Below, one piece after another: positions 46,329 to 60,591 of a DNA stretch of 64,000 nt. The notes under the pieces were generated by a model. It did no database searches. It was given only the letters and a program-made list of their open reading frames with translations, and was not told the origin of the DNA. The DNA is from Utricularia gibba (taxonomy: Eukaryota > Plantae > Magnoliophyta). Position 1 is the first letter of the stretch. Each line of letters opens with the position of its first letter. The position numbers and the translations under genes are program-made. The stretch lies in contig NEEC01000008.1 of NCBI GenBank assembly GCA_002189035.1, positions 3,224,001 to 3,288,000 on the forward strand, given 5' to 3'.

Positions 46329-49300
46329 CTAAGGCTCAGTTGCTCTGCTGATGATCATTGATGCATAGCTGGCGATGTTCTTCTCCGGCGAGTGTCGGAG
46401 TTGCGCTATGAGAGGGAGCGTCTCCGAGGAGCGAATGAATTGCCTGCAGACCGGATAAGCACACATCTTCACCAGTGAAAACAACACAATCTTCAGAGGT
46501 GATTCCTCCCTTTGCGGGTTCAGTGCTACTCTTGAGCAGTCAGCCACCACCTTAAGCAATGCCTGCAACCACAACAACAAAAGGGCAACAGAGTCGTTTT
46601 CAGATTCAGATGGAGAAGAAGAAGGAAACGGGAGAGGCTAGCTACCTGCATTGCTCCTTGTGAAACGATGTCTTCACAAAACCGACTGGAGTTGCGAACT
46701 AGATTGCTAAGAGCACCGGCGGCGTTTGACTTTGTCTTGTCTTCATTGTCAGCAATAAGGACATCTCGCAGCTGAGGAATAGCCCTTTTCAGCTGGTCAT
46801 ATAGGAAGTCGTTATGGAAGGCAGCATTCCCAACCTGCATAGCAAAGTTCATTAAACCTCTTGTTGCTTGTCCCTAACATAACTGCATAAAGGAAAGGGA
46901 AAAAACACTCACAGCAAAACAAGCAAATTTCTTTGTCCTTTTGTCAGGATCAGCACATCGGTCAATAAGAAGTGTGATAATGTCGTGCTTTGCCTTGGAG
47001 TATTTAATAAAACTATCAGTTAGTGGCAAGGAAATAGAACCAAAGGAATTACTGTAGCATCACTAAGCTCTGTGGTGTACCAGTGATTTGTAGAAATAGG
47101 AGCTGTGGCGGCACATGTTTCCGATCACACTACAGGTTTTGGAACGAATGTTAGGATCTTCATGTGTGAGGAAATGCTTCAGCTCTACTAACATATTTGC
47201 CGCATCAATATGTTCATAAAACAGCTGCAAATGCAAGCTTAGGTAGTGAGCATTCCGCATCAAAGCAACTATGGGAAAGAGCAGGCGTTATATTCGAAAA
47301 CTGAATACAAAAATAAGGGTAACGGAATACCTTGTCCATTCGAGCTAAATCTGAAACAATCATAAGAAAGTCTAAAGTGACTTCTGTAGGACAGGAGCTA
47401 CTAAGCATAGTTTTAACTCTGGTTGAATGAAGTAACCCTTTCTCTACGAGTTGATCTGCTAAGGGACGTTGGGAACATAATTTTGCTATAAATGCAACAG
47501 GCCTTGCCGTATCTCCTAAATGAAGATGATCAAGGCAACGGAGAACGAAAGCAGTCACTTCAATCTGTGGGCATCGCAACAGATAGAGTAAGAAATATAA
47601 CTGAAAAAAACAATTACGCATGCATCATGCATTAGAAGCTTTCCATCGTTGAGAATGGAGCTGAAATTTTCCTCTGGTAAGTGATTAGCTACAAATTTTT
47701 GGATTCTCAGGTATACATACTTTATCAGAATATGTACAATAATTTTAAAATCATCAAGTCAATATTTCCAATTGTGTAACAGACAGAGACTACACATAAT
47801 TTTTTATTCATTGCAAACCAAAAAGTTCATTTTTAACTGAGATACCCGGAACAAACCTCCAGAAGAATCTGAATATACTTCTTCATGCTGCTCTGTATAG
47901 TTTTTAGCATGTCTTTGTCTTCACTACAGACTTTTGCACCTGGAGATCCCATATTCAGGAGAAAACCACCATTTACTGAAACGTTGGTCGAAGGGAGACC
48001 AGAAGCACTTTGGATAGCCACAAATGGGAAGGCCAAGAGATCAATCACTGCATTTATTGTACCTTTCACACCATACTTTCCACCACCAGGGCCGGTCCAG
48101 GACCTCACTAGCTCAAGATGTGCATCTGATATCAAATCTGCAGCGAGTTGTATGTACTCTGTCTTTAGGATTATCTGTCGAAATGTTGATACACTGCCAG
48201 AAAGACAATGACATATGGAGGAAATGGTCCATGCTACCCCAGATGGCGACAATCCAATTTGAGAATCTGAGCTAGCTGAATGTATTGAAGAATTTGAGAT
48301 ACTGTTAGCTAATTTATCAATAAGAAGCTGTGGAGCACCGCTAGCACATAACTTCTGCACAGCAAGAGGTCCACCCCATTTCAGTCTGGACTCTAGTAAC
48401 CCGACTGAACCATCTAAAATGCCATGCCTTCCAGGGAGCATCCCCTTAGTCAGACTAGGGCTGGCATTCTTTTCCACAACTGCTGGATCTCTGATATGAT
48501 CACATAGTGTTGTTGTTCGAGGGATCAGAGGCAGAGCCATCTCAAAAATTGCATTTTCAACTACAGATTCCTTCTCAAGTGACAGAATGGATGCAAGAGC
48601 TAACATAGAAGCTGCAGAAGAAGGTTGTAATGAGGACTGCATCCTTTCGTCTGAAGAAAAATGACGTGCAAGAACAGAAAGTCGAGCCAACTGTTTTTTC
48701 GGAGAATCTGTTAAAAGCAACATTGAAGAAGTAGGTCCAGATGATTTTAGACAACGAGCAACTGTGGCAAGAACAAGGCATGAATTCATAACCATGAAGC
48801 GTGTATCTACGACTTTGAGCTTTGAATTGTCGGTTTCTGGCTCATCTTTATTTGAAGCAACACTTGACATAAGAATTGAGAATATTTCTGATACAAATGT
48901 GCCATCTCCACTACCACTCATAACAGTAGGAAGAGGTAGTTTGCTAGGCAAACCACAAAGGATAGTTGCAAGTAGATCATTATGCATGCAACATCTCAAA
49001 AGAAGCTGCAATATAGTAGACCAATGCTTAAATCTCTTTCAAATGGAAACAAAAAAAAAAAAAAAAAAAAACAAACAAACAAACAAATCAATCAGTAGAA
49101 TAAATGCATACCTGTAATGCAGCATTTCCAGCCTCATTGCGCTGCCGTAGGCAAAAGTAGAAAGAGACTTGAATTGATTTGGACTTAATAAATGCTTTTG
49201 TCAACAAACCTGCTACTTCTTCAAAAATTGTCTCAAATAATGGTTTCTCATGCTGCCCAGAATTAGATTCAGATTTAGGCACAGAAGCGCTTCTGAAGGA

Positions 49301-52300
49301 GGCAACAGGAAATAGCGAACATTTTTTATGAGAGAGAACTTCAGACACTTCTACAAGGAACCAAATGCCCCTGCAGGCTTCACAAGCAGCTCGTAGCAGG
49401 CTTGTAGATCCTGAAATTAGACTCGAGCCTGAAGATTCCAGACACAGGAAGAGGCTATCCACCACACCTGAAGACTTGGCATGATCAAGAATTTCTCGAA
49501 TTTTTGCATTTTCTGCTTTTGGAGTTGAATCTCCCATAGGACCAGAAGCAGCAGCGGACATTTTGACACAGTTTACCACTTGGTTCAACATGACAGCAAG
49601 ACATGAAATGCATTCATGAACTACTCTTCCAGAGTTTCCATCAACATAACCTACAATCTGAAATTTTTTAAAAATGAAAATTTGAAGCATACTAATGTTT
49701 CAGCAATGCAAAACGACTAAAACAGAATCAATGAACCTGTGAGAATAATCCAACAACAATAACCCAGTGCTTCCAGGCAATATCACCAGAGATGGCTCCA
49801 TAGTGTTCAAGCAACTTTTTAACAACGGAAAAACTCTGATATAGAACAAAAAATTTCTATCAGCAATCAATACGAAATAAATTGTTTCCAAACCAAAGGT
49901 TAAACAATAGACAAGGATGCAAAGTAGATGAACTATTTTGCCTGAGCTGAAACAAAAGATTTCTCTAGATCAAAGAGTAGCACTAGGCTAAAACTACAGA
50001 CTACTTTTCTGCTAAGTGAACGTCAAAGATACATAAGAACCAGTATTTAAATTTAATATAAGACAAAGCTGATAGCCATAGGATATCCTAAGAAAGTATA
50101 ATCATTGTGACATACGACAGCATCATAGATTAAATATGATGGTGAGTCTAGTGGCAAACCTTTGCTATCAGGTCATTTAAATCAGATTTTCTTGACTGAA
50201 CCGTAGAAGAAATAAAACAAAGGAGCTCATCAATTAATTCCTCTATGATTCCCCTCGAATCAACAGCTCCAGCAGCTGTTAGATTAAAAAGAATCCTGAT
50301 TGACTGGTTTAATGTGACATCGTTCTGATACCTGTATTAAAAAGGGAAAGGTGACAATGGTCTTCGTTAATCATTCTTATCACAAATAAGATATGAGTTA
50401 CAGCATGGGAACTAAAAAACTGTACATATGAAAAAACTTATTAGGTAATGAATAAAAAATAACCTGCAGGAGCTTTGTAAATCATCAGAGAACTTCTTCA
50501 GTGGTAGCAGAATAGCAGTCAATGCAGCTTTATCTTCAACTATGGCTTTTGCTCCTTTAATAGTGTGTGAATTATTTTCCAGTGAATCCAGTAACCCTGC
50601 AATAAGTTTTTTAATGGATATCACATCTGAATCCACATAACGTGACCACAACGTAAAAAGAAATGCATATCAAATTGGTTCAATCAAGAAGTAAGCAAGA
50701 GCATAAACAACAAGAGGGACAAATTAAATCAACAGTAAACCTAACCTGACAGAAGAAATATGCTATTGAAAGCCACGACAGCTACTAAGAGAGTTTACAA
50801 ACACTAATCTGATTCTGGAGTCCACCGCAACTAATAAAAGCAAGGAAGTTGCATACATGGGACAATAAACCAAACATCATGCTTAACATGAAAGATTGCC
50901 CAAAGAGCTCAAGGTCATGGAGAATGAACGTTAACGCTATGAAAAGCGTCTTTTACCTGTAAACTCATCACCACCATGATTTGGAAATCCTGGAAATTCT
51001 TTATTCGAAATGCCATGATTTTTTTCATTGTTAGCTTCAGCTTCATTGGGATGAGATTCAACTGAAACATGCAGAAAGTTCCATTATTAGAAAAACAGGA
51101 AAGGCCTGGGGCAATGCCATCACTATTAATTGATATATTATATTTCCCACATGTATTATGTAAACTTACTTTCAGATCCTGCTTGACTAAAATATCCTTG
51201 CTTTTCTGCATTTTTTTCTTGGTTTAGTTGTGCAACAATTCCTCCTTGTGATGCTGTTTTTATACTACATGATTCCTATTGCCAGAGATCAAAAAAGGTT
51301 GGATCAATAAATGATGCAAAACTTCTAGGAAAAAAAAGAAAAAAACCTAGCTACGGTATAAGATGTAACCTCTATTTCAGAATGACTTTCTTTAACAAAT
51401 GGATGTTCAAGAAGAGCAGGCCAGGTCAATCTGGAATGGGGATTCTGCACATTTGAATGCAGATAGGATTTATGAGGAAGAAAGGATACCTAAACAACTT
51501 AATGACTACCCAAAAATACTACCTTGTGCAGCAGACCCTGTAAAAAAGTTCTGAAATTGGAGCTCATGTTGTCTGGATACCGAACAGGATCCTGCAAAGA
51601 CGCAACAAAAATCACTACAAAAGCACTGTAAAAGAGCATAGCATCGAAGTAATGACGCACCTTAATGATGTGCCGTATAAGTGCATAGACTGAATTGGTG
51701 TAAAAGGGTGGCTGGCCAACAAAGAGCTCGTATCTATAAGGTTTGAGAATGATCAAATAGTTAAAAAGATAATATAGCAAATGAACTGTGCATAGAGGGT
51801 ACTCTATTGACATAAGAAATACATCTTGGTGACTCAATGAAAAATATTTACCTTATAGACATACTGACAGACTCATTTCATGGAATCTAAACCTAAACTG
51901 ATTCTTGTTTATAAAAAAAAACAGTCACTTGGTTTTTTTAAACAAAACTCATAGATATTGTTATGAAAAATAAATAGCTGAAAGGGTGTTGGAATTAGAG
52001 CGAGATCTCGGGAATCTGATACCCAAAGCATCGGTCTTTAACTATTTATATGTAGAAGTATGAACGGTTGCATGTTTAATGATATAGCATGGATACTGGC
52101 TCTTAGAGGAATAATTCTACTTACAAAATGACACCAAGGGACCACAGATCGGCAGTGTGATTGTATGGCTGCTCTCGTACTAATTCTGGGGCCATGTATA
52201 GAGGAGTACCTATAGCGTTGTAGATACATAAAAAACTAAGTGTGAAATTACAATCTATAAATTTCTAACTCTTGCAGCACTAGAAAAGAAACAAGTCCAG

Positions 52301-53385
52301 AGGGATTAAGACTGTTATTACCCTTTATCGATCTTAACACAACAGTATTTGCAGACATTGCCCGAGCAAATCCAAAATCACATAGCTATCAAAACATAAC
52401 ATTAACAGAAAATAATATTTGTCAGCTGATTTCCATGATAAAATAAGGTTTCAAGGAGAACTCTGAAATTAAAAAAAAAATAGATGCAACAGCTTTATGG
52501 AATAAAATAAAAATAAGAGATAAAAATCTCATAGCTATACAAACCTTGACGACAGATCCAGCACCAATAAGAATGTTTTGCGGTTTCATATCACGATGAA
52601 TTATGCGATTTGAATGTAGATAATTCAATGCTTTTACCTGAAGCATAATAGAATTAATGTAAACTGAGAAAATAACAATCATTTTTATCTCCAAGAAATA
52701 TTGCAGGACCAAGAAATAGCAGTATTACCAATTGTTTTGCAATCGCTTGAACTTGCTCTTCAGGAAGACATTTGTCATCTTCTAGAATTTCAAAAAGTTC
52801 GCCCTGAAAAAGTGATAATGTGACAGAATGATGATGCTTTACTTTATAAGAATCCAAATCCAAATATGATAACCAAATAATTCAGATAGAACAGCGCAAT
52901 GAATGTTTAACCTGTGCGAACTCTGTAACAACGCAAAACTCCTGCGGGCTCTCAAAGGAATCCAGCATAGCTATTATATTTTCATGCTTCAATTTTCTTA
53001 GAATCTGCAGAAAGACGCTTAGAGAAAATTACTAGTAGATGGATCAAAGGATCAAAGAATCACATACACAAAACAAGGATCTGGATGTTCATATAACCAT
53101 GGTAATATATGAGCTAATTTAGAGAAATGAGTTACCTCTATTTCCTGCCTTAAACTCAGGATATCCTTATCACTTTTCCCATGCTTGGGAATGAACTTCA
53201 TGGCCACAGTCTGAAAATTTCAATGTCCAAGCAGTCTAAGCCAACTTATGATGAAAAAAGTAATCCCAAAATCTACAAGTAAAATCAATGTGCACCTGTC
53301 CACTGAACTTGCGCCTCCCTTTATACACCTTCCCAAAAGACCCCTCACCCACAAGTTCTATAACATGATAATCTTCAACTCCCAT
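46329..53385 (-). CDS. TIO: Serine/threonine kinase TWO-IN-ONE / FUSED with C-terminal ARM/HEAT repeats
   Basis: [26 protein letters not shown]; [12 protein letters not shown]; [10 protein letters not shown]; [11 protein letters not shown]; [19 protein letters not shown]; C-terminal [13 protein letters not shown]; stop at 46329-46331. Confidence 0.94.
49051..49087. repeat. Intronic compound microsatellite (A)21(CAAA)4
   Basis: Directly visible in a TIO intron. Confidence 0.8.
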
Positions 53386-53713
53386 AGTATTCTGAACCAG
53401 TTGGAATCACAAGATATTAGGAAATCAAGAACCGGCTCTGGTTCCACAGCGCTGATTACTGAAAATTTCAGGAACTCCTAGTTTCACTACAATAGTGACT
53501 ACTAGAAACAGGTGAACGAAAAACCACCAAATTATGGGATGAGAACATTACTATTTACAGAAACCCAGGCAGAGGCAAATCAGGGGATGTTGGATGAATG
53601 CTCGACACAGTCGCTCGGGTGCTCAGTTCTGCGACGAAGAGCTCTTACAATCGAGATGCAGATGGCGACGGTAAGAAGAAGAAGAAAACCAACGCAGGCG
53701 TTCTAGCGAGATC

Positions 53714-53819
53714 TTTCCCGCTTCTGTAACATTTTAGAATTTCGATGTTTTTTATTCCGTTAAATTGAATTCAAATTCAAATAAAAATTTACCGTTATTA
53801 AGCTAACAACGAAACCGTT
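53714..53819 (-). promoter_or_regulatory. Cell-cycle element cluster in the TIO / DUF1308 bidirectional promoter
   Basis: MSA cores (CCGTT on +) at 53757, 53792 and 53815; TTCAAA x2 (CHR-like TTTGAA on -) at about 53770-53781; TTTCCCGC (E2F) at 53714-53721. Confidence 0.55.
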
Positions 53820-54029
53820 AATAGCCAGATTTTTATATATATTTTTTAGATAATCTTTTGAGGGCATTTGGACTCACGGGCCCACAGTGTCCAATGTCAC
53901 ATGCCTGGGCAGGACGGCCCAGGGCTATAAATGGATGGACCCGAAGAGGCTATGTTTAGGGCTTTGGAGGCCGGCCCATGGCCACCCCATGGTTCTTTGA
54001 TAAAGAAACCCACGTACGATGGAGCCGAA

Positions 54030-55649
54030 ATGGATGCTGGGGAGACGATTTCGGCGGATGCAGCATCGGCCGGTACGGTGGAGACAGCCAAACGGAGGTG
54101 CGTTGCGCTACTTGAAAGCCTCCCTCTCTTGACTGAAACAAATCTATGTTCCTACTCCGGCGCGACGCTCTCTCGATTGATTCACTCCGAGCTCCGCTTC
54201 CTCAACAGCCTCTCCGCAGCGGAGATTTCATCTCGATCGACTCTCAGGTCCGTTCCGTCTTCCTGATCAATTTCTTTTTTTTTCTTGAATGATCTATAGC
54301 TGCGGTTTTTTTTTTGGCAGTTTGAATATTGGTCACCTCGAGGCTGTGGTGCATGTACTCTGGCAACCTTTTGTTACGGCGGTGTCTCGCGTTTGCCGGC
54401 CCATTCGTATTTCTGAATCCGAGAGCGTCTTTGTCGATATTGTTTGTTCGCTAGAGGGAGATCCTGTTTGGATAACTGTTTCCGATCGGAAATCTAGGTA
54501 CAATACGTGGAAAGATGACTCTTTTGAGGCAAAGCAGGGGTTGAAGGGCAGACTTTCGAAACTTGTTACGGCAGCAAATCAGTCCTCAGTCATGGTGCGG
54601 CCGTCGTGGATTTTGATGTTCTTTTCATATGGTGTTGATGTTGATGTCTATCAGAATCTTCAATCTGAGTTTGGGGCCACTGAACTGGAAATTGATCCAT
54701 TTGTATGCAAAGAGGTAGAAATGGGGGGTCATTGGACGAACCTGGTGCTTGGCAGATTCTTTCCAGATGCTCGTCTTTTCAAAATAAAAGTAGACCAAAA
54801 CAGCCGCCGGGTAAGGGAAACTCTAACCAGAACTTCTGAGAAAGATTGCACTGTTTCGTGCAGAACATGTTTTGAGCAAATGGATTCGGATCTTGGGGTC
54901 TCTTTTTGTTCTCTTGTCTCGGTGATGAAGTGCTGGTGCTGCTACAGCGGCACCTTAGAGCAGGAAGTTGATTTTTTACCTCTGGTTAATTTCGATACGA
55001 CAGCATTGGTAGCGATAGTGTCAGGAATCAGTAATGGCGGAACTGGGAAGCTCTTGAGCACTCCAGAAGCAGAACTGAGAGCCCGTTTCAAAGGAAACCT
55101 GGAGTTTGTTATTTCTCAGGTGGTGGTGTTACTGTTTTTTCCATCCATTCGTGGTGTACTGTTAGATGTTGATCTTCATCTCATGGCAGGCGAACTCTGA
55201 AACCGAGAGGCCTATCCACAGTGAACTGGTCGGTGCTGCATCAGGAAAACGAGGAATCATTTGTCATAGTGTTTTGTCTGAGTTCAAGGAACTTATCTCA
55301 ATGTGTGGTGGGCCAAATGAGAAGCAGAGAGCTGAATGCATTTTGAAGTTCGTCAAGTGAGCTTTTCTGCACTCTCTGATCAATGTTAAGGTGGGATTTG
55401 CATATGTTTGTATTTATTTTCTTGTACTGCATTGTTTTCAGGGTGGTGCCTGATTGGCCATCGACTAGAGTTATGGGCCTTCCGGAAACCCGAAAGATGG
55501 CTTTGAAAAACAAAGTGGTTTTTGGTACTGGTGATCATTGGCATGCTCCAACTTTAACAGCAAATATGGCATTTGTGAGGGCGGTTAGGCAGACAGGAGT
55601 CTCCCTCTCTGTTATAGAGCATAGACCACGGGCACTCATCGGGGAGTAA
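54030..55649 (+). CDS. DUF1308 / UPF0415 (C7orf25-like) protein
   Basis: SLNIGHLEAVVH, VDIVC...WITVSDR, VNFDTTALVAIVSGISNG, VFGTGDHWHAPTLTANMAFVRAV..TG, IEHRPRALIG; four exons; start at 54030 preferred over 53931. Confidence 0.8.
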
Positions 55650-56233
55650 TCCATGCCTGTTGATGATCAAACTCAAATCTAATATGCTGAAATCCTCAAT
55701 TGTATACTTTGGAAATGTGGTTGAAATACAAGCTCAAGGATACCTGAAGTGCCCCTAAATTTGACGATCAGGAAGCCTGCTATCCACCACCTGCATCTGC
55801 GCCAACTACTTGCTCTTTATCAGTTTGATCATTGATGACCATCCTCAATGGATGATTGGGTAACCGTATCAGTATGCATCATTGTATCCTGAAAATGAAA
55901 CGAAGGTAGAAAAACGATCCGGCTATCCTCTCCGAGAAGAACTTCACTGGTCTCTCCCCTGCACAACATAGAAACAGAGGAGATACATGAATGCAGTTAA
56001 GATGAGGCAGATAGTTCAGTGGTAGTTGAGGTCGGATTCTATGGATCAGAGAATGTGGGATTCGGAAATCCCATTCCATGTTCTATTTGCATTGTATAGA
56101 GAAGTGAAAATGGCGCATTTTGGGATCATCTGGTAACGGCCACAAAAGAACTACAAGAACGATTTTGAATAGAGCATTGCCCTGAATATGCTGTAGTATG
56201 CCTGTGCTTTACACTCTTCACCATATCCTATTT

Positions 56234-59200
56234 TCACGTTCTCATCTTCTCTAGCACACTTCTTCCCTTCTCTTCCAAATGTCGCCGTTTCACCTCAAGC
56301 TTTTCCCCCATCTTCTTACCGAGTACACGCATTCGCTCTTTTGTGCCAATTCGCCTCTGTGCAAGGTCATCATCTGATGGACTGTCATCTAACTTGCTAT
56401 CAATATTTCTTGTGCTAGTCTCCGGTATACCATCCTTGTTTATCAAGGGAGATCTGAGATCTTGAACTGAACTGCTTTCCAACACTGATTTGTCAACTGG
56501 CTTCGATGGAAGTGTAAACTTCTCAACAGGTTTGCCGTTCGTTGTTGGGATACTCTGAGAAATTTTGGATTTTTGATTCTCGACACTATCTGTCGTCCTC
56601 GAGGAACTTGCTTGTTTGGCCTCAGCCGGGGTAGAACTATGCCAGGCTCAGCGCTAGGTGGATCCTGTTTTGGCACTTCCATGTTAGAATCTTGATTGCT
56701 TCTGTGCCATATATAAGGGGCGATTCTCCGAGGGACCCAATCATCTTTCTCTGCTAGCATCCAGGAGACGGCTAGACTCTCATAGTTGGGAAGCACCAGA
56801 GTTTCACGAATTGCAGCCTGTGAGGAAGATGATTTCATACATCCAAATATTAGGAAATGATGCATAAGGAACTCAACAGCAATGCTTCCAAGTTTTGTAT
56901 GAATCCAGGACCCCAAAATTCTATTTTCAACCGCATGTGTTCAGGATCAGGCATAATGTGAAAGTGCAAATGGCAAATGAGTGCTGACTGATGGGAACAA
57001 AGCATCTCACCTTGAATCGATTGATCATGAAATTAGAGACTCGCCCGCTTGTGATTTTGTATTCCCCAACAGAAGTCTCCACGTTGAATTCGATATCTGG
57101 CATTGAGGAGAATGCAAACCAAATTTGGTCGGACGGTGGAGGTTTCAAGGATAAGTGCAGTGTACCACGAAGAGAAGAAACCATTATCCTCATGGAAAGG
57201 GGAACCTTCATATATAGATAAAAAATCAATTATCAGGTTAAAAAGATACTTTTCCTCAACTGGTCACCAAAGTGTAACATCCTATGCCATTATCTTCTAC
57301 TATGCAGAAGAGTGTTTGGAATAAAATGACAGCACAGGAATACCACTAATAAGCGTATTGACGAACCTGTGACACTTGTTTGGCAATAGAATGCACCATT
57401 GACTTCCATCTAGATGGGGGAGCAGCATCACCAGGAACCTTCTCAGCCACCTCTGTAAAAAAATAAGATGCAGAATGCAGGGTCTTGTGAGAAGGTACGG
57501 CATTCCCCAACAACAAATGGGCAGACATTATGACACCTAATTCACATACCTGGGTGAAGATATCCTTCCTCTTTCACAGTTTCAACAATGTTCTCCGCAG
57601 GATGACTCAATTGTTCTTCAAAATGCTCAAGACCTTCCAGCAGATCAGAGGTCACCTCACGACCAGAGTTCGTGCCCAGTTGTGTATTTTCACCTTCAAG
57701 TTCTAGCTCTTGGATCCCTAGCGAAGCTTCAATCTCCAATACCACACCACCTTGATATTCAAAATTTACTTCAAGTGACCAAACCTCGTCCAGATCTGAG
57801 GGAAGCACTTTCATCGATAGGATATGAGGAGGCAAAGTTCCAGGATTTACACCAGTACATTCAACTTCACCAATATAACTCGGAATTCGCATGTTGGATA
57901 ATGTCCTCTATTGCATAACATAATTATAAATTAGTTATTGCATGAAAAAATCTAATCCAGAAACCATAAAACTCAAGAAATTATAGCATCCACACATCTT
58001 TCCTTGTGAGGATTCAACTAACTATAGCGGGAAAAACATAAGATCCTTGGTGAGATCTTACCCACTACCCACCATAAAAAATCTTTCATACAAAAGAATG
58101 AAAAGAGAAAGTAGACAACCTAGATGAGCAATGATGATTGAATCTATATAAGGGTAAAATTCAGTCTGCATCACAAACCTGAATACGACCATGTATAAAG
58201 GCCAGAATTTCCTTGTTATTTTTAACATCAAAGAACAGGCGTGAAACTAGCATATTTAAGCATAGTGCTTCCTGATTCAAACTCTTGGGGCCCAGCTCTG
58301 CAGCAGATACTACAGATGAAAGGTTTTGAGTCTCTAGATTGTTAGAATTTGATGATACCAATGGGCTTTCATCTGAGACAATGCCAAGAGCTTTTTCCTT
58401 CGTGCCTACCTTTCTTGAATCAGTGTCAAAAAGTGACTGGTGGAAAGATAAAGATTTTTCTGTGGCATTCCCCTCACCAAACCCTGGGACAAAAGCACCA
58501 CCAACTTTATAATCATTCCCAAATTTGGTAGACTTCTTTGCAATTTTCTTGAGGAACTGACGTATCTTTGATGAAGAATTATCGAACTTGACTGACTTAA
58601 TATCTTTTGATTCAAAGTTAGGATCCGCAGATGGCTTCACATATGAAGGATATCCTGAACTTAGAGAAGCCAAATAACACTGGAAGTCCCGAGTCAACTC
58701 AGAAAACCAGATGATTTTCTCATCATCATCAGAGGAAGACAGGCGAAGGGCTTTACACCAGGCCTCCTTATCCCAAGATGTCTCTAGATATATGAAAAAC
58801 ATCCTAGATCCCTTATATATAACTGAATCATTGCTCTCAACTTTGATTGGATATCTCTGGGCCCTGAAATCAGAGAATAAAAGAACTACAACGTTAAAAG
58901 TTCTCTTTTTCATCAATTCGTGAAAAGAAACCAGTTTTTCAAATTATTTTTCATTAAACCCAAGAACTATAAACTTAAAATTATCATTAAACTCTGTTCT
59001 GTGGACAGCGTAAAAACATGATGGCATTTCCCAACTTTCATGAGGAGGCATCTGCTTTAGCCAAAGACTATGAGATACTTGCAAGCCCAACACACAAAAA
59101 AAAAATCTTGAAAGGAAGACGTCAAGTGCAAGCACGCGCATGGGGATGTTTGATCATGTGCTTTTGCAGGAACATAATTCATCATCTACCTAATTGCAAA

Positions 59201-59740
59201 TGAACGCAAAATACATTCTCCTAAACTACCATTTTCGTGATGGCATGTCTGAAGCAGACACCGCAACTACTGTGCATCCAATTAGGGAAATCTTAATGCA
59301 AGAGCCATCTCGTTCATGAAGACTAAGACAACGATCCTTTAGTCTTGCATACTTCCTAACAGGTGCCACTTCAAAGATTTCCTTTTTTCTTTTCCGCTCC
59401 GATGGAGCCTTATCCAGATATACAGATGCTGCAACATCTGCTTCCAATATCCACACGAATCCCTATATGTAATGCAAAAAATCTATTACACTGAACCACA
59501 ATAGCTTCAGTAGGTTAAAATGTAGTTAAAACAATTCAATTCAAGTAAAATCACCTGCTTATCAGATAAAGAAGAACTATAATCGCGAGGCGAATCCGTC
59601 GAAGAAACACCTTTCCCCTTGAAACCCCGTCTTTCAACTTTCCGACTCAGACGACGAATTAGAATCCACAATATGAGCAACTCCAAGCCGAGAACAGTAA
59701 CCGCCCCAATCAAGAAAGCTAGAAACAGAAAAACCGCCAT
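56234..59740 (-). CDS. TEX2-like (Nvj2-like) membrane-anchored PH and SMP lipid-transfer protein
   Basis: N-terminal transmembrane segment MAVFLFLAFLIGAV; FFIYLETSWDKEAWCKALR; LCLNMLVSRLFFD; PSYIGEVEC; LKPPPSDQIWFAF; TLVLPNYE; C-terminus LEVKRRHLEEKGRSVLEKMR. Confidence 0.87.
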
Positions 59741-60591
59741 ATCCGCACCAAAATGCTGCCGCTAGAACCCTTCCTCCATCATCGCCACCTTTCTACAGCA
59801 AATCGAATTACGTAAATCCCTAAAATATCGCAAGTTTTCCTTGCCTGTTCGCTTCTTCTCCCCCAAGCTATCCATCAAATTTCATAAAGAAGGAAAGTGA
59901 CTGCAGAGAATGTTATTACGCGAAGAGAGAATTACCTGTCATTCTCTTTTATCCCCCAAAAAAGTATTATTTCTAATTAATTACAATACAATAAAATTAT
60001 CAGATTTTAAGGGATGACACCGAAATAGAAACTTAGTTATATATTATATAGTAGTAACTAATTACATGACACATTTAAATCAAAGAATCGTATTCGACGA
60101 GTGTCTAAAAGGAGGATAATATAAAATTATGAATCTTATAATGATACATTCATTATAGAAGAAAAAAATGATATAATTAAATTAAAAAAAATTCTTATTA
60201 TTTTACAGGAACCAAAAAAAATACATAAAATCATGAAAATTAAGTGTTAAACATGAACAATGCCATACAAAAGAAACGTAAACAGTAAAATTTGATATCA
60301 CAACAAGATACTATTTTATTATAAGGTTTTGATCATCCTCAAAAAGTATTTTTTTATTTGACTAATACAGTAATCTCCTTTCCCAAATACATGCTGGTGA
60401 TCAGAAGATACTAAGAATGAATGTTGCATCCCAAATGCCAGAATGGTGGGAATGCTGGTGGCTGTAGATGAAAATAGGGATAAGACTCATAAATCTTGAA
60501 TTGAATGTCATGAAGAACAGCCTCGGTACAAGTTAAGTAGTCATCCCATTGCCTGGAATTACATGTTTGTACCTCTGAATCTGAGACACCA

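Noticed and set aside
51480-51492. GTATCCTT (U12-type donor motif) on the minus strand in TIO
   Set aside because: It lies inside an ordinary GT-AG intron; the reading frame is restored without it
8389-53385. CCS52A, TPXL and TIO as a functional cell-cycle gene cluster
   Set aside because: They are separated by unrelated genes; inherited synteny and chance explain the proximity
53931-54029. Upstream start (MDGPEEAM..) for DUF1308
   Set aside because: It overlaps site-II-like promoter motifs; the ATG at 54030 fits better, although it cannot be excluded
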